Shown: piece after piece, positions 1 to 8,379 of the stretch
Position numbering within the stretch: the stretch's first letter is position 1
Layout: each line of letters starts with the position of its first letter
Assembly: GCA_024405635.1 (NCBI GenBank)
Contig: JAKSOL010000004.1
Span: forward strand, 64,001-128,000
Direction of reading: 5' to 3'
Length of the DNA: 64,000 bases
Source of the DNA: Salinivirgaceae bacterium
Lineage (GTDB): Bacteria > Bacteroidota > Bacteroidia > Bacteroidales > SZUA-534
Notes under the pieces: generated by a model
Databases searched by the model: none
What the model saw: only the letters and a program-made list of their open reading frames with translations
What the model was told of the DNA's origin: nothing
Position numbers and translations under genes: made by a program

Positions 1-420
1 CTTATCAAGCACATGGAAGATTTCCTTCTGGAGTTAGGTAAAGGATTTGCTTTTATTGGTCGCCAGTATCGGTTGACCATAGACAATGACGACTATTATG
101 CCGACCTTGTATTTTATCATGTCATACTTAAATGCTATGTGATCATTGATTTAAAACGTGGTAAAGTAAAGCATGAGGATATTGGGCAGATGAATATGTA
201 TTTGGGTTATTTTGCGATGGACAAGAATACAGAAGGAGACAATCCTCCCATTGGCATTATCCTTGCTGCCGACAAAAACGATGTGATGGTGCAATATGCC
301 ACATACGGCATGGATGCTAATTTATTCGTCGCAAAATATCAACTCTATTTGCCAGAAATTAACGAATTAAAAAGGCTGGTTCAAGCAGAACTTGACAGAC
401 TTAACAATAAAACTGAATAA
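1..420 (+). CDS. YhcG/DUF1016 family PD-(D/E)XK nuclease-domain protein, C-terminal part (5' end outside window)
   Basis: Frame is open from base 1. FLLELGKGFAFIGRQ, ADLVFYH..KCYVIIDLK, DIGQMNMY and DNPPIGIIL are characteristic YhcG C-terminal motifs. Confidence 0.9.
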   Translation, partial: LIKHMEDFLLELGKGFAFIGRQYRLTIDNDDYYADLVFYHVILKCYVIIDLKRGKVKHEDIGQMNMYLGYFAMDKNTEGDNPPIGIILAADKNDVMVQYATYGMDANLFVAKYQLYLPEINELKRLVQAELDRLNNKTE

Positions 421-436
421 TACTTTAATAGATAAT

Positions 437-490
437 AAAACAGAAAAATAGATTTTTAAAACTAACATAGTATTAATCATAGCGTTTGCT
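437..490 (+). repeat. Intergenic ~50 bp direct repeat, copy 1
   Basis: AAAACAGAAAAATAGATTTTTAAAACTAACATAGTATTAATCATAGCGTTTGCT; the last 20 bp are identical to copy 2. Confidence 0.85.
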
Positions 491-500
491 ATTTATTCGG

Positions 501-875
501 ATGAATACGGAGAACTATAAAATACAAAATATCGATGATTATGCTGAGTTGCTTAAGCAAGTCAAGCATCGCATTGGTCTTGCCCAAAAAAGAGCCATCT
601 ATTCTGCGAATGGAGAGATGTTGCACATGTATTGGGATATAGGGAAACTCCTTCAGAATAAAATAGATGAAGCAAATTGGGGAGATAAACTGTTAGAGAG
701 ACTCTCCATTGATTTAAAAAACGAGTATCCAACAGTAAAAGGGTTTACAACACGTAACTGCCGATATATGATGCAGTTTTATCGTGAATATAATCAAGAA
801 CTTACATTTGTGAAACTGCCCGTTTCACAAATTGAAGGTTCGAATGAAAATGTGAAACCAATCATTTTAAATTAA
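501..875 (+). pseudogene. YhcG/DUF1016 N-terminal domain only (truncated gene or stand-alone N-domain)
   Basis: MLHMYWDIGK, WGDKLLERLSIDLK..PTVKGFTTRNCRYMMQFY match the DUF1016 N-domain. The ORF stops before the nuclease domain. ATG at 501 is preferred over TTG at 486. Confidence 0.75.
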
Positions 876-889
876 ATAAGTAGTTTTAC

Positions 890-939
890 AAAACAGAAAT
901 AAATTTTAAACTAAAATATTATTAATCATAGCGTTTGCT
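890..939 (+). repeat. Intergenic ~50 bp direct repeat, copy 2
   Basis: AAAACAGAAATAAATTTTAAACTAAAATATTATTAATCATAGCGTTTGCT. Confidence 0.85.
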
Positions 940-949
940 GCAATTTGAG

Positions 950-1981
950 ATGAAAGAAAAAAAAGACATAATACATATTCCTGTTGACACATCCTTTCTT
1001 GCGGAGGTGAAAAACATTGTTGAGCAAGGTCGCCAACAAGCATACGCTTCTGTAAGTCAACTGATGATTGAAACTTATTGGAAGATAGGTGAACGTATTG
1101 TGTTACAAGAACAGAAAGGTAAAGACCGTGCAGATTACGGTACGCAACTCATTGAAGTGCTTTCAGAAGAATTGACCCGAACTTACGGGAAAGGATTCAG
1201 TAAAAGAAATCTCCAGTATTTTCGTGCGTTTTATTTGAGTTTCAATGATTTAGAAATTGTGCACACGCGTGTGCACAATTTATCTTGGTCACACATACGA
1301 ACTGTTTTACGAGTGGATGACATAACAGCGGCTCGTTGGTATTTGTTAACCGCCTCCCAAGAAATGTGGAGTGTGCGAACACTTGATAGAAATATTTCTA
1401 CACAATATTATGAACGTCATTTTAAGCAACCACAAATAGTAGAAAATACCCAAGAGGTGGTTGCACCCAACAAGTTGGAACTTCTGAAAAGTCCAATTGT
1501 TGCAGAATTTTTAGGATTCAAGAAAGATGACAGTTATAGCGAATCCGATATTGAAAGTGCCATTATCTCTCATTTGCAGGAGTTCATCATGGAAATGGGA
1601 CGTGGCTTTGCATTTATGGGTCGTCAAGAGATGATAAGAACAGCAAATAACGACTATTTCATTGATTTGGTATTCTATAATGTTGTGCTGAAATGTTATG
1701 TGCTTATTGATTTGAAAATAGGAAAGATTACCCATCAGGATGTTGGTCAGATGGATATGTACGTAAGAATGTATGATGACCTGAAACGTACTGAAGGCGA
1801 TAATCCTACAATAGGAATAGTATTATGCAGTGAAACTGATGCTGATATTGCGAAATACTCTATTCTTAAGGGTAACGAGCAACTGTTTGCTTCAAAATAC
1901 AAACTTTATTTACCTACGGAGCAGGAACTTCGCAGGGAAATAGAGGCTCAAAAAGAATTGTTCAACTTACAAAATAACTGA
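950..1981 (+). CDS. Full-length YhcG/DUF1016 family PD-(D/E)XK nuclease-domain protein
   Basis: YWKIGERIV, YGKGFSKRNLQYFRAFY, LSWSHIR, WSVRTLDRNI, GRGFAFMGRQ, IDLVFYN, DVGQMDMY, DNPTIGIVLC, LFASKYKLYLP. ATG at 950. Confidence 0.93.
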   Translation: MKEKKDIIHIPVDTSFLAEVKNIVEQGRQQAYASVSQLMIETYWKIGERIVLQEQKGKDRADYGTQLIEVLSEELTRTYGKGFSKRNLQYFRAFYLSFNDLEIVHTRVHNLSWSHIRTVLRVDDITAARWYLLTASQEMWSVRTLDRNISTQYYERHFKQPQIVENTQEVVAPNKLELLKSPIVAEFLGFKKDDSYSESDIESAIISHLQEFIMEMGRGFAFMGRQEMIRTANNDYFIDLVFYNVVLKCYVLIDLKIGKITHQDVGQMDMYVRMYDDLKRTEGDNPTIGIVLCSETDADIAKYSILKGNEQLFASKYKLYLPTEQELRREIEAQKELFNLQNN

Positions 1982-1983
1982 AA

Positions 1984-2031
1984 AAAACAAAAATAATTTT
2001 AGACTAACATATTAATTAACAAGCGTTTGCT
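1984..2031 (+). repeat. Intergenic ~50 bp direct repeat, copy 3 (more diverged)
   Basis: AAAACAAAAATAATTTTAGACTAACATATTAATTAACAAGCGTTTGCT. Confidence 0.75.
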
Positions 2032-2054
2032 TATTATTCTAAAACGTCCTTAAA

Positions 2055-2252
2055 ACTTGGCGGTTTGAAGATGTAATTGGGGAATAATAAAGCAGGTGCT
2101 CACGTGTATACGTGGGTACTTGATTTATCTCTAATTACGGGTTCCGCCAAGTACCCAAGGACGTGGATAAATTGAGTATCCACGTTTTTTATTAGGTACT
2201 TGGCGGAACAGAAGGTTTTATTACTAATATGCTAACGCGTTAGTAATAAAAC
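2055..2252 (+). promoter_or_regulatory. Structured 5' leader of the R-M operon (nested and alternative inverted repeats)
   Basis: 15 bp IR 2141-2155/2195-2209; 9 bp IR 2161-2169/2177-2185 followed by a T-run; 10 bp alternative pairing 2113-2122/2148-2157; 13 bp IR 2215-2227/2240-2252 ending 4 nt before the ATG. Confidence 0.6.
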
Positions 2253-2256
2253 AATT

Positions 2257-3294
2257 ATGACTAGCGCTGACATTATTGGCGTTGTAGATATTAGTGAAGA
2301 TGAAATCAAAAATTGGATTCCAGATTTATTAAATGTTCTACTGCGCGATCATTCTGCAAAACATGATGCTAAAATCGGGTCAAGCAATCCAGATGAACAT
2401 CATATCATTTGGGCGACTGATAGTTACGAGACTCTCGGTAATTGCTACAACAAACGTGCTCAAATTAGAGCTGAACTTATAACTGGCAAAAACGGACGAG
2501 TAATCCGCCCGCGTGCTGTAAAAACAAAAGTTGAGCAGCAAACTCGTACACGCAACAAAGCCGAGGTTTTTACGCCATCATGGGTTTGTAATGCCCAAAA
2601 CAATTTAATTGATAACGAATGGTTTGGTCGCATTGGAGTTTTCAATACGGAAAATAACGACAAAACCTGGACCACTAATCCGGAAAAAATAACCTTTCCA
2701 GAGGGTAAAACATGGATTGACTATGTAAAAGATTGCCGCCTTGAGATAACATGTGGCGAAGCTCCTTACTTAGTTAGTCGATATGATACCGTAACGGGCG
2801 AATATATTCCAGTTGAGAAACGAATAGGCCTACTTGACCGTAAGTTGCGAGTGGTGAACGAAAACACCTCTACGCCCGACGAATGGGTACCTTATGCTCA
2901 TTTGGCACTAGCATCTGTTTATGGCTACGAGTGGCAAGGCGATAGTTTGCTATTGGCCCGGGAGGCTGCGCTATGCACATTCATGGACCATTTTTGGCAA
3001 AAATTCCCCAACGAAAATCTATTTGACAAAACCATTATCAAGTCAGCTTATATCATAAGCTGGAACTTGTGGCAAATGGATGGCCTAAAAGGAAAAATCC
3101 CTTATTCTGAAAAAGTAGTTATTAACACAGACCTTTATGGTTCAGAAGAAAAAACCATAGAAGAAGGAGTTTACTGCGAGATTCTCTCATGGAAGTTAGA
3201 GCCTAATAAAAAAGGCATACTCAATTTAAGAAAGGACAAAAAAAGTCAATTTTTCTCTACAAGTCTTTGTCTCTCAAAAAAATACAAAAAATAA
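2257..3294 (+). CDS. Restriction-modification methyltransferase subunit, N-terminal (SAM-binding) half only
   Basis: KAEVFTPSWV (motif X), LEITCGEAPYL (motif I) and YGYEWQGDSLLLAR (motif II) are present. No NPPY/DPPY catalytic motif. Lies directly upstream of the R-M fusion gene. Confidence 0.75.
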   Translation: MTSADIIGVVDISEDEIKNWIPDLLNVLLRDHSAKHDAKIGSSNPDEHHIIWATDSYETLGNCYNKRAQIRAELITGKNGRVIRPRAVKTKVEQQTRTRNKAEVFTPSWVCNAQNNLIDNEWFGRIGVFNTENNDKTWTTNPEKITFPEGKTWIDYVKDCRLEITCGEAPYLVSRYDTVTGEYIPVEKRIGLLDRKLRVVNENTSTPDEWVPYAHLALASVYGYEWQGDSLLLAREAALCTFMDHFWQKFPNENLFDKTIIKSAYIISWNLWQMDGLKGKIPYSEKVVINTDLYGSEEKTIEEGVYCEILSWKLEPNKKGILNLRKDKKSQFFSTSLCLSKKYKK

Positions 3295-3316
3295 TCTCTT
3301 AAATATTTCATACACT

Positions 3317-6300
3317 ATGGCAAGTATTGAATTTGAAAATGTTAGTAGTTGGCATATCATTTATTTATACACAATAGATGATGAGCAACATAAAGATCTT
3401 GTTAAGGTTGGAAAAACAAGTACCAACGAACTAGACCCAACCGATGACGACATAAAAAATGCAGCAATTGTCTGTATTCGGGGTCAGTTGAGCCGAGCAG
3501 GCATGTCATACAAAGATTTTTATGCAGAAAAGGCAATTTGTAGAGACAAAGATGGTAGTATAATAAACTTTTGGGACTACGATGTTCATGATGTTCTTGA
3601 ACGCTCAGGAATAAAAAACAAAAAGTTCAAAGGAAGTTCAGGCCGAGAGTGGTACGAGTGTTCAATGGAAACTGCCAAGGCCGCAATTAAAGCAGTAAAA
3701 GAAGGCAGACAATCGTTAAATGACAACGAAATCCGTGCTGACGTTAAACCAATTGTGTTTCGCGAGGAACAGCGTCGAGCAATTGATCAAACAAAGAAGG
3801 CTTTCGTAAATCACCAAGAAATGCTTTGGAACGCAAAAATGCGGTTCGGAAAAACTGTGTCAGCCTTGCAAGTGGTAAAAGAAATGAAATTCAACCGCAC
3901 ACTTATTGTTACTCATCGTCCTGTGGTTATTGATGGCTGGTTTAAGGACTTTGGTTGGATTTTTCACGACTGCACAAATTTTCAGTTCGGTTCAAAAAAA
4001 GATTATGGCTCTGACTACAATAAATGCGAAAGCGATTTGAAGAAAAAAGGAATCAATTATGTTTTTTTCGCATCAATACAAGACTTGCGCGGTTCGGATA
4101 AAGTTGGTGGTAATTATGAAAAAAATACCGAATTGTTCAGCACCAAATGGGATTTGCTAATAGTTGATGAAGCTCACGAAGGAACTTTAACCGCATTGGG
4201 TGATAATGTGTTGAGCGAATTGATAAAAACTAAAACCAAAGTGCTGAAACTCAGCGGTACTCCATATAATCTTATTGACAAATTCGACAAAGAGGCAACA
4301 TTTACGTGGGATTATGTGATGGAGCAACGCGCTAAAGTAAATTGGGAAAACGAACATCATGGAGAACCCAACCCTTACGCGTGTTTGCCTTCAATGTGTA
4401 TTTACACTTACGACTTGCCTGCGCTTATGAATCCTTCAATTGAAGCAGATAGCATGTCGTTTAATTTTCGCGAATTTTTCAAAACCGATGGAGACTTTGA
4501 CGATAAGTTTGTTCATGAGGATTCGGTAAAAGCCTTTCTTGATTTGTTGGTTGAAAATGATGCAAATAGTACTTATCCTTTTTGCACTGACCGCTTCATA
4601 AATACTTTCCGCCATACGCTTTGGATGCTGCCAGGTGTTAAAGCCGCTAAGGCAATGAGTAAGTTGTTAAAGAGTCATAAAACATTTAACCAATACGAGA
4701 TTTTAAACGTGGCTGGTAACGGTGACGAAGACGAAGAAAATGAAGAAGCATTGCAAAAGGTAAAAAATGCTATAGGCAACAATCCTCTTACATCAAAAAC
4801 CATCACTTTGTCATGTGGCCGTTTAACAACTGGTGTAAGTGTTCCTGCGTGGACAGGTGTCCTTATGCTTGCAGGTACAGCAACCACTTCGGCAAGCGGT
4901 TATATGCAAACTATTTTCCGAGTGCAAACACCTTGCAACCTTGGCGGAATGCAAAAAGAACAATGCTTTGTGTTTGACTTTGCGCCCGACCGTACACTAC
5001 AAGTACTTGCTGACGTAGCTCATATTGAAAGTGTAGGTAAAGGAACTACCGAGAGTCAACGCCAAACTTTAACCCAATTCCTAAACTTTTGCCCTGTTAT
5101 TTCGCTTAACGGATCTACTATGCAAGAGTACAATGTTGACTCCTTGTTTACCAAACTTAAACGTGTATTCATAGAACGCGTTGTTCAAAGCGGATTTGAG
5201 GACGAACACATTTTCAACCAAAAATCGTTGCAAGGATTAAGCGGCTCCGAACTTAAAATGTTTGATAAACTACATTCAATTATCGGCTCAACCAAGGCAA
5301 TGCCAAAAACCAAAAACATTGACATTAATAAAAAGGGATTAACAGAAGAAGAACAAGAACTTGTTAGTGAAATAGAAAATAAAAAACGTGGCGGGAAAAA
5401 ACTTACTAAAGAAGAACAAGAACTACTTGAACGCCATAAAGCCGAACTTGAACAGATGCATGCGGCTGCAAGCATTTTGCGAGGAATTGCAATACGAATG
5501 CCGTTAATGATTTTTGGTGCTAATGTGAAAGAAGGAGAAGAAGAAAAGGAATTTACCATTGATAATTTTGACAATTTGGTTGACGATGAATCGTGGAAAG
5601 AGTTTATGCCAAAAGACGTAAGTAAAAAGCTATTCCGCGATTTTAAAAAATACTTTGACAAAGACATTTTTACAGCAGCCAGCCGCCGCATTCGTGAATT
5701 AACAAAGGAGGCCGACTCTATGAGCATTGAAGAACGTATGGAACAAATCCATACAATCTTTAACTATTTCCGTAATCCAGATAAAGAAACAGTTCTTACT
5801 CCGCCACGAGTGGTAAATATGCACATGAGCAATACTTTGGGTGGATATTGTTTCTACGACGAAGATTTTGAAGAAATGCTTACGAAGGACCCTTGTTTTG
5901 TTAACCACAGCGAAGTAACAAAACAAGTTTTTTCAGCTCAAAGCCAAATTCTAGAAATAAACTCAAAAAGCGGACTATATCCGCTATATGCCGCATACTC
6001 AATATATAGGAGCCGTTGCTCAATAGCTCGCGAGAAAAACCAAAAACTTACACTCGCTCAGCAACAAACAATTTGGGACACTGTGCTTGCCGAAAACATT
6101 TTTGTGTTGTGCAAAATACCAATGGCAGAGTTCATTACAAAACGTACACTTGGCGGATTTCGCAAAGTGGCATTCAATGTGGCTTATTATAAAAATTTGC
6201 TCGTTGAGATTAAAAATTCACCCGATAAATTGATTAAAGCCCTTTCTAACTCAAAAACTTACAAATCAGCTAAAAACAATTCTAATATGATATTTGATGC

Positions 6301-7324
6301 AATTATAGGAAACCCTCCATATCAAGAAAACGATGGTAGTGGCGCTGCTGGTGATGCCGCTATGCCGATATATAACAAATTTGTTGACTTAGCTCTATTG
6401 TTAAAACCTACATATATTACAATCATTATGCCGTCAAAGTGGATGATTGGTGGTAGAGGTTTGGATAAATTCCGAACAAGTATGGTTGAGGACCATCATT
6501 TAGCTAAGTTTTTTGACTATGAAGACGACTCCTACATTTTCCCTAATACACACATAGATGGCGGTATTTGTTATTTCTTATGGGATAAAAAGCATAATGA
6601 CAAAATGCAATATTCATATCGTACTAAAGATGGTGATGTTATTAATACTGTCAGATTCTTGAACAATGACACTTCATCTTTTATCATTCGTGATTTTAGG
6701 CGTCAATCAATTATTGAGAAAGTCACTAAAAGAGCGTCTTTTAAAGAAATTGTATCATCATCGCGTCCATTCGGAATTAGAAAAGATCTGTTTAATTCTC
6801 CAGAACGCTATCCTGATTCTAGACTTTCAGAAAAAATGTTTGAAAACGCAATTCAAATTCATGGAGTAAAAGGAGTAAAGGGCGGAGCTAGAAGACAATT
6901 AGGTTTTATTAATTCAAGTGTAATAACACAAAATGTACAATGGATACCTCTTTATAAATTGTTCTTTACGACCACTTATTCTACAGGTGCTATTAATTTT
7001 CCTGAAATCATAGTTGCAGATTCGAATGTTGTATGTACAGAGACCTTTTTGGTTATAGGTCCATTTAATACGAAACTCGAACAGCAAAATTGTTTGAAGT
7101 ATACCAAAACTAGTTTCTTCAAAACACTATTGTTTTTTGGTAAGGGATCAATGCAAGTAACACAAGAAGTTTTTTGTTATGTTCCTCTCCAAGATTTTAC
7201 CTCAAATAGTGATATTGATTGGAGTCTAAGTGTTGAGGAAATTGACAATCAACTATATAAAAAGTACAACCTTACAAATGATGAAATTGCGTTTATAGAT
7301 GTTTTGATAAATCCAAAGGAGTAA
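3317..7324 (+). CDS. Fused restriction-modification enzyme: GIY-YIG/T5orf172-like nuclease + SF2 (DEAH) helicase + Eco57I-type N6-adenine MTase + target-recognition domain
   Basis: VKVGKT..EWYECS at the N-terminus. NAKMRFGKT (Walker A), IVDEAH, LSGTP and YMQTIFRVQTP helicase motifs. TVLTPPRVV, LEINSKSG and IIGNPPYQ MTase motifs. C-terminal VPLQDF..IDWS..LYKKYNL tail. Confidence 0.85.
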   Translation: MASIEFENVSSWHIIYLYTIDDEQHKDLVKVGKTSTNELDPTDDDIKNAAIVCIRGQLSRAGMSYKDFYAEKAICRDKDGSIINFWDYDVHDVLERSGIKNKKFKGSSGREWYECSMETAKAAIKAVKEGRQSLNDNEIRADVKPIVFREEQRRAIDQTKKAFVNHQEMLWNAKMRFGKTVSALQVVKEMKFNRTLIVTHRPVVIDGWFKDFGWIFHDCTNFQFGSKKDYGSDYNKCESDLKKKGINYVFFASIQDLRGSDKVGGNYEKNTELFSTKWDLLIVDEAHEGTLTALGDNVLSELIKTKTKVLKLSGTPYNLIDKFDKEATFTWDYVMEQRAKVNWENEHHGEPNPYACLPSMCIYTYDLPALMNPSIEADSMSFNFREFFKTDGDFDDKFVHEDSVKAFLDLLVENDANSTYPFCTDRFINTFRHTLWMLPGVKAAKAMSKLLKSHKTFNQYEILNVAGNGDEDEENEEALQKVKNAIGNNPLTSKTITLSCGRLTTGVSVPAWTGVLMLAGTATTSASGYMQTIFRVQTPCNLGGMQKEQCFVFDFAPDRTLQVLADVAHIESVGKGTTESQRQTLTQFLNFCPVISLNGSTMQEYNVDSLFTKLKRVFIERVVQSGFEDEHIFNQKSLQGLSGSELKMFDKLHSIIGSTKAMPKTKNIDINKKGLTEEEQELVSEIENKKRGGKKLTKEEQELLERHKAELEQMHAAASILRGIAIRMPLMIFGANVKEGEEEKEFTIDNFDNLVDDESWKEFMPKDVSKKLFRDFKKYFDKDIFTAASRRIRELTKEADSMSIEERMEQIHTIFNYFRNPDKETVLTPPRVVNMHMSNTLGGYCFYDEDFEEMLTKDPCFVNHSEVTKQVFSAQSQILEINSKSGLYPLYAAYSIYRSRCSIAREKNQKLTLAQQQTIWDTVLAENIFVLCKIPMAEFITKRTLGGFRKVAFNVAYYKNLLVEIKNSPDKLIKALSNSKTYKSAKNNSNMIFDAIIGNPPYQENDGSGAAGDAAMPIYNKFVDLALLLKPTYITIIMPSKWMIGGRGLDKFRTSMVEDHHLAKFFDYEDDSYIFPNTHIDGGICYFLWDKKHNDKMQYSYRTKDGDVINTVRFLNNDTSSFIIRDFRRQSIIEKVTKRASFKEIVSSSRPFGIRKDLFNSPERYPDSRLSEKMFENAIQIHGVKGVKGGARRQLGFINSSVITQNVQWIPLYKLFFTTTYSTGAINFPEIIVADSNVVCTETFLVIGPFNTKLEQQNCLKYTKTSFFKTLLFFGKGSMQVTQEVFCYVPLQDFTSNSDIDWSLSVEEIDNQLYKKYNLTNDEIAFIDVLINPKE

Positions 7325-7346
7325 CACATATAAACAACCCTCCCCC

Positions 7347-7377
7347 AAAAGCCTCCGTCACCAACGGAGGCTTTTTT
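7347..7377 (+). terminator. Intrinsic terminator after the R-M operon (possibly bidirectional)
   Basis: AAAAGCCTCCGT-cacca-ACGGAGGCTTTT followed by a T-run. Confidence 0.85.
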
Positions 7378-7533
7378 GTTGTTTTTCCACATCCTAAAAC
7401 TTTCCTACTGAAAACTTTTGCGCATTTTGGTCAAAAGTTTAAAGTACAGGCGAAAACTATTTGCTTGGTGTGGAATAACGTTTTGGCAATGCGTTAGTTA
7501 GGATTGAATATTTTCAAAACGCTGGAATTTGTT

Positions 7534-8352
7534 CTATTTCAGCAAGTTGTAAACATATTGCACGCTGTTGGCGTATTCCTCGTCGGTGGTTAGGTGCTCA
7601 ATAATCATTGGCATGTTGGCGTTTTCTTTTTCGGCTAACCCAATGTATCGTTTAATGTCGAGCGAGCCATCGCCACAGGCACATTCCTGAAGTTGAAAGG
7701 TGTATTCTTCTTTTAGTTTGATGTCTTTCAAGTGGCAACTGCAAATGTGGCCTTTCAGTTTGGCAAAACACTCGTCAAGAAAGCGGTCGTTGAAGAAATA
7801 GCGTTCGGGCGAGGTTATCATGTTCACCACATCGAGGTGCGCTCCAAATTGAGGACGGTTAACATCGCTAATCAGGCGAAGGTATTCGTCGGGGTTGCTT
7901 GGAATCATCCAAGGCATTGATTCGATGCAGAATTTGGTGTGTTGAGGTTGGGCAGTGTCAATAATCTGGCGAATCATGTCAACGGCCATTTTCCACAATT
8001 CTGTGCTGAAATTTTGGCGATAACCGCCATCCCAACGAGGTCCGTAGGGAGTGCCCACTACATTTACGCAACATGTGGCGCCAATGCGGTCGGCCATGCG
8101 CAATTGGTTAATGGCATAGTCAATCCAGTGGGCGCGTTCGTCAAGATTGGCCGCAAGGGTATTGCGCCAAATGCCCACTTCGGCAATTAGTAAACCGGCT
8201 TTGTCGGCTGCATCTTTGTAAGCCATATAAACATTTTCGCCAGCCAAATAATCAACAGGAAAATTTATGCTTTTCAGTCCAAGGGCTTTGTGTTTGGAGG
8301 CCCAATCGGTGGGAGACGAATGCTCTAAACAAGAAGAAATTCCGAGTAACAT
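7534..8352 (-). CDS. Sugar phosphate isomerase/epimerase (xylose-isomerase-like TIM barrel, AP endonuclease 2 family)
   Basis: Metal-ligand pattern CIESMP / HLDVVN / CHLKD / IIEH; 272 aa. Confidence 0.8.
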   Translation of the reverse strand: MLLGISSCLEHSSPTDWASKHKALGLKSINFPVDYLAGENVYMAYKDAADKAGLLIAEVGIWRNTLAANLDERAHWIDYAINQLRMADRIGATCCVNVVGTPYGPRWDGGYRQNFSTELWKMAVDMIRQIIDTAQPQHTKFCIESMPWMIPSNPDEYLRLISDVNRPQFGAHLDVVNMITSPERYFFNDRFLDECFAKLKGHICSCHLKDIKLKEEYTFQLQECACGDGSLDIKRYIGLAEKENANMPMIIEHLTTDEEYANSVQYVYNLLK

Positions 8353-8379
8353 GGGTGAGTGGGTGTTTGGTTGTTTTTA

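Noticed and set aside
437-2031. CRISPR array or classical integron attC sites
   Set aside because: The spacers are whole genes of unequal length, the repeats are degenerate, no cas or intI gene is in the window, and there is no RYYYAAC...GTTRRRY hairpin.
5185-5727. 180 aa minus-strand Ser-rich ORF
   Set aside because: Antisense shadow of the Glu/Lys-rich coiled region of the R-M fusion gene.
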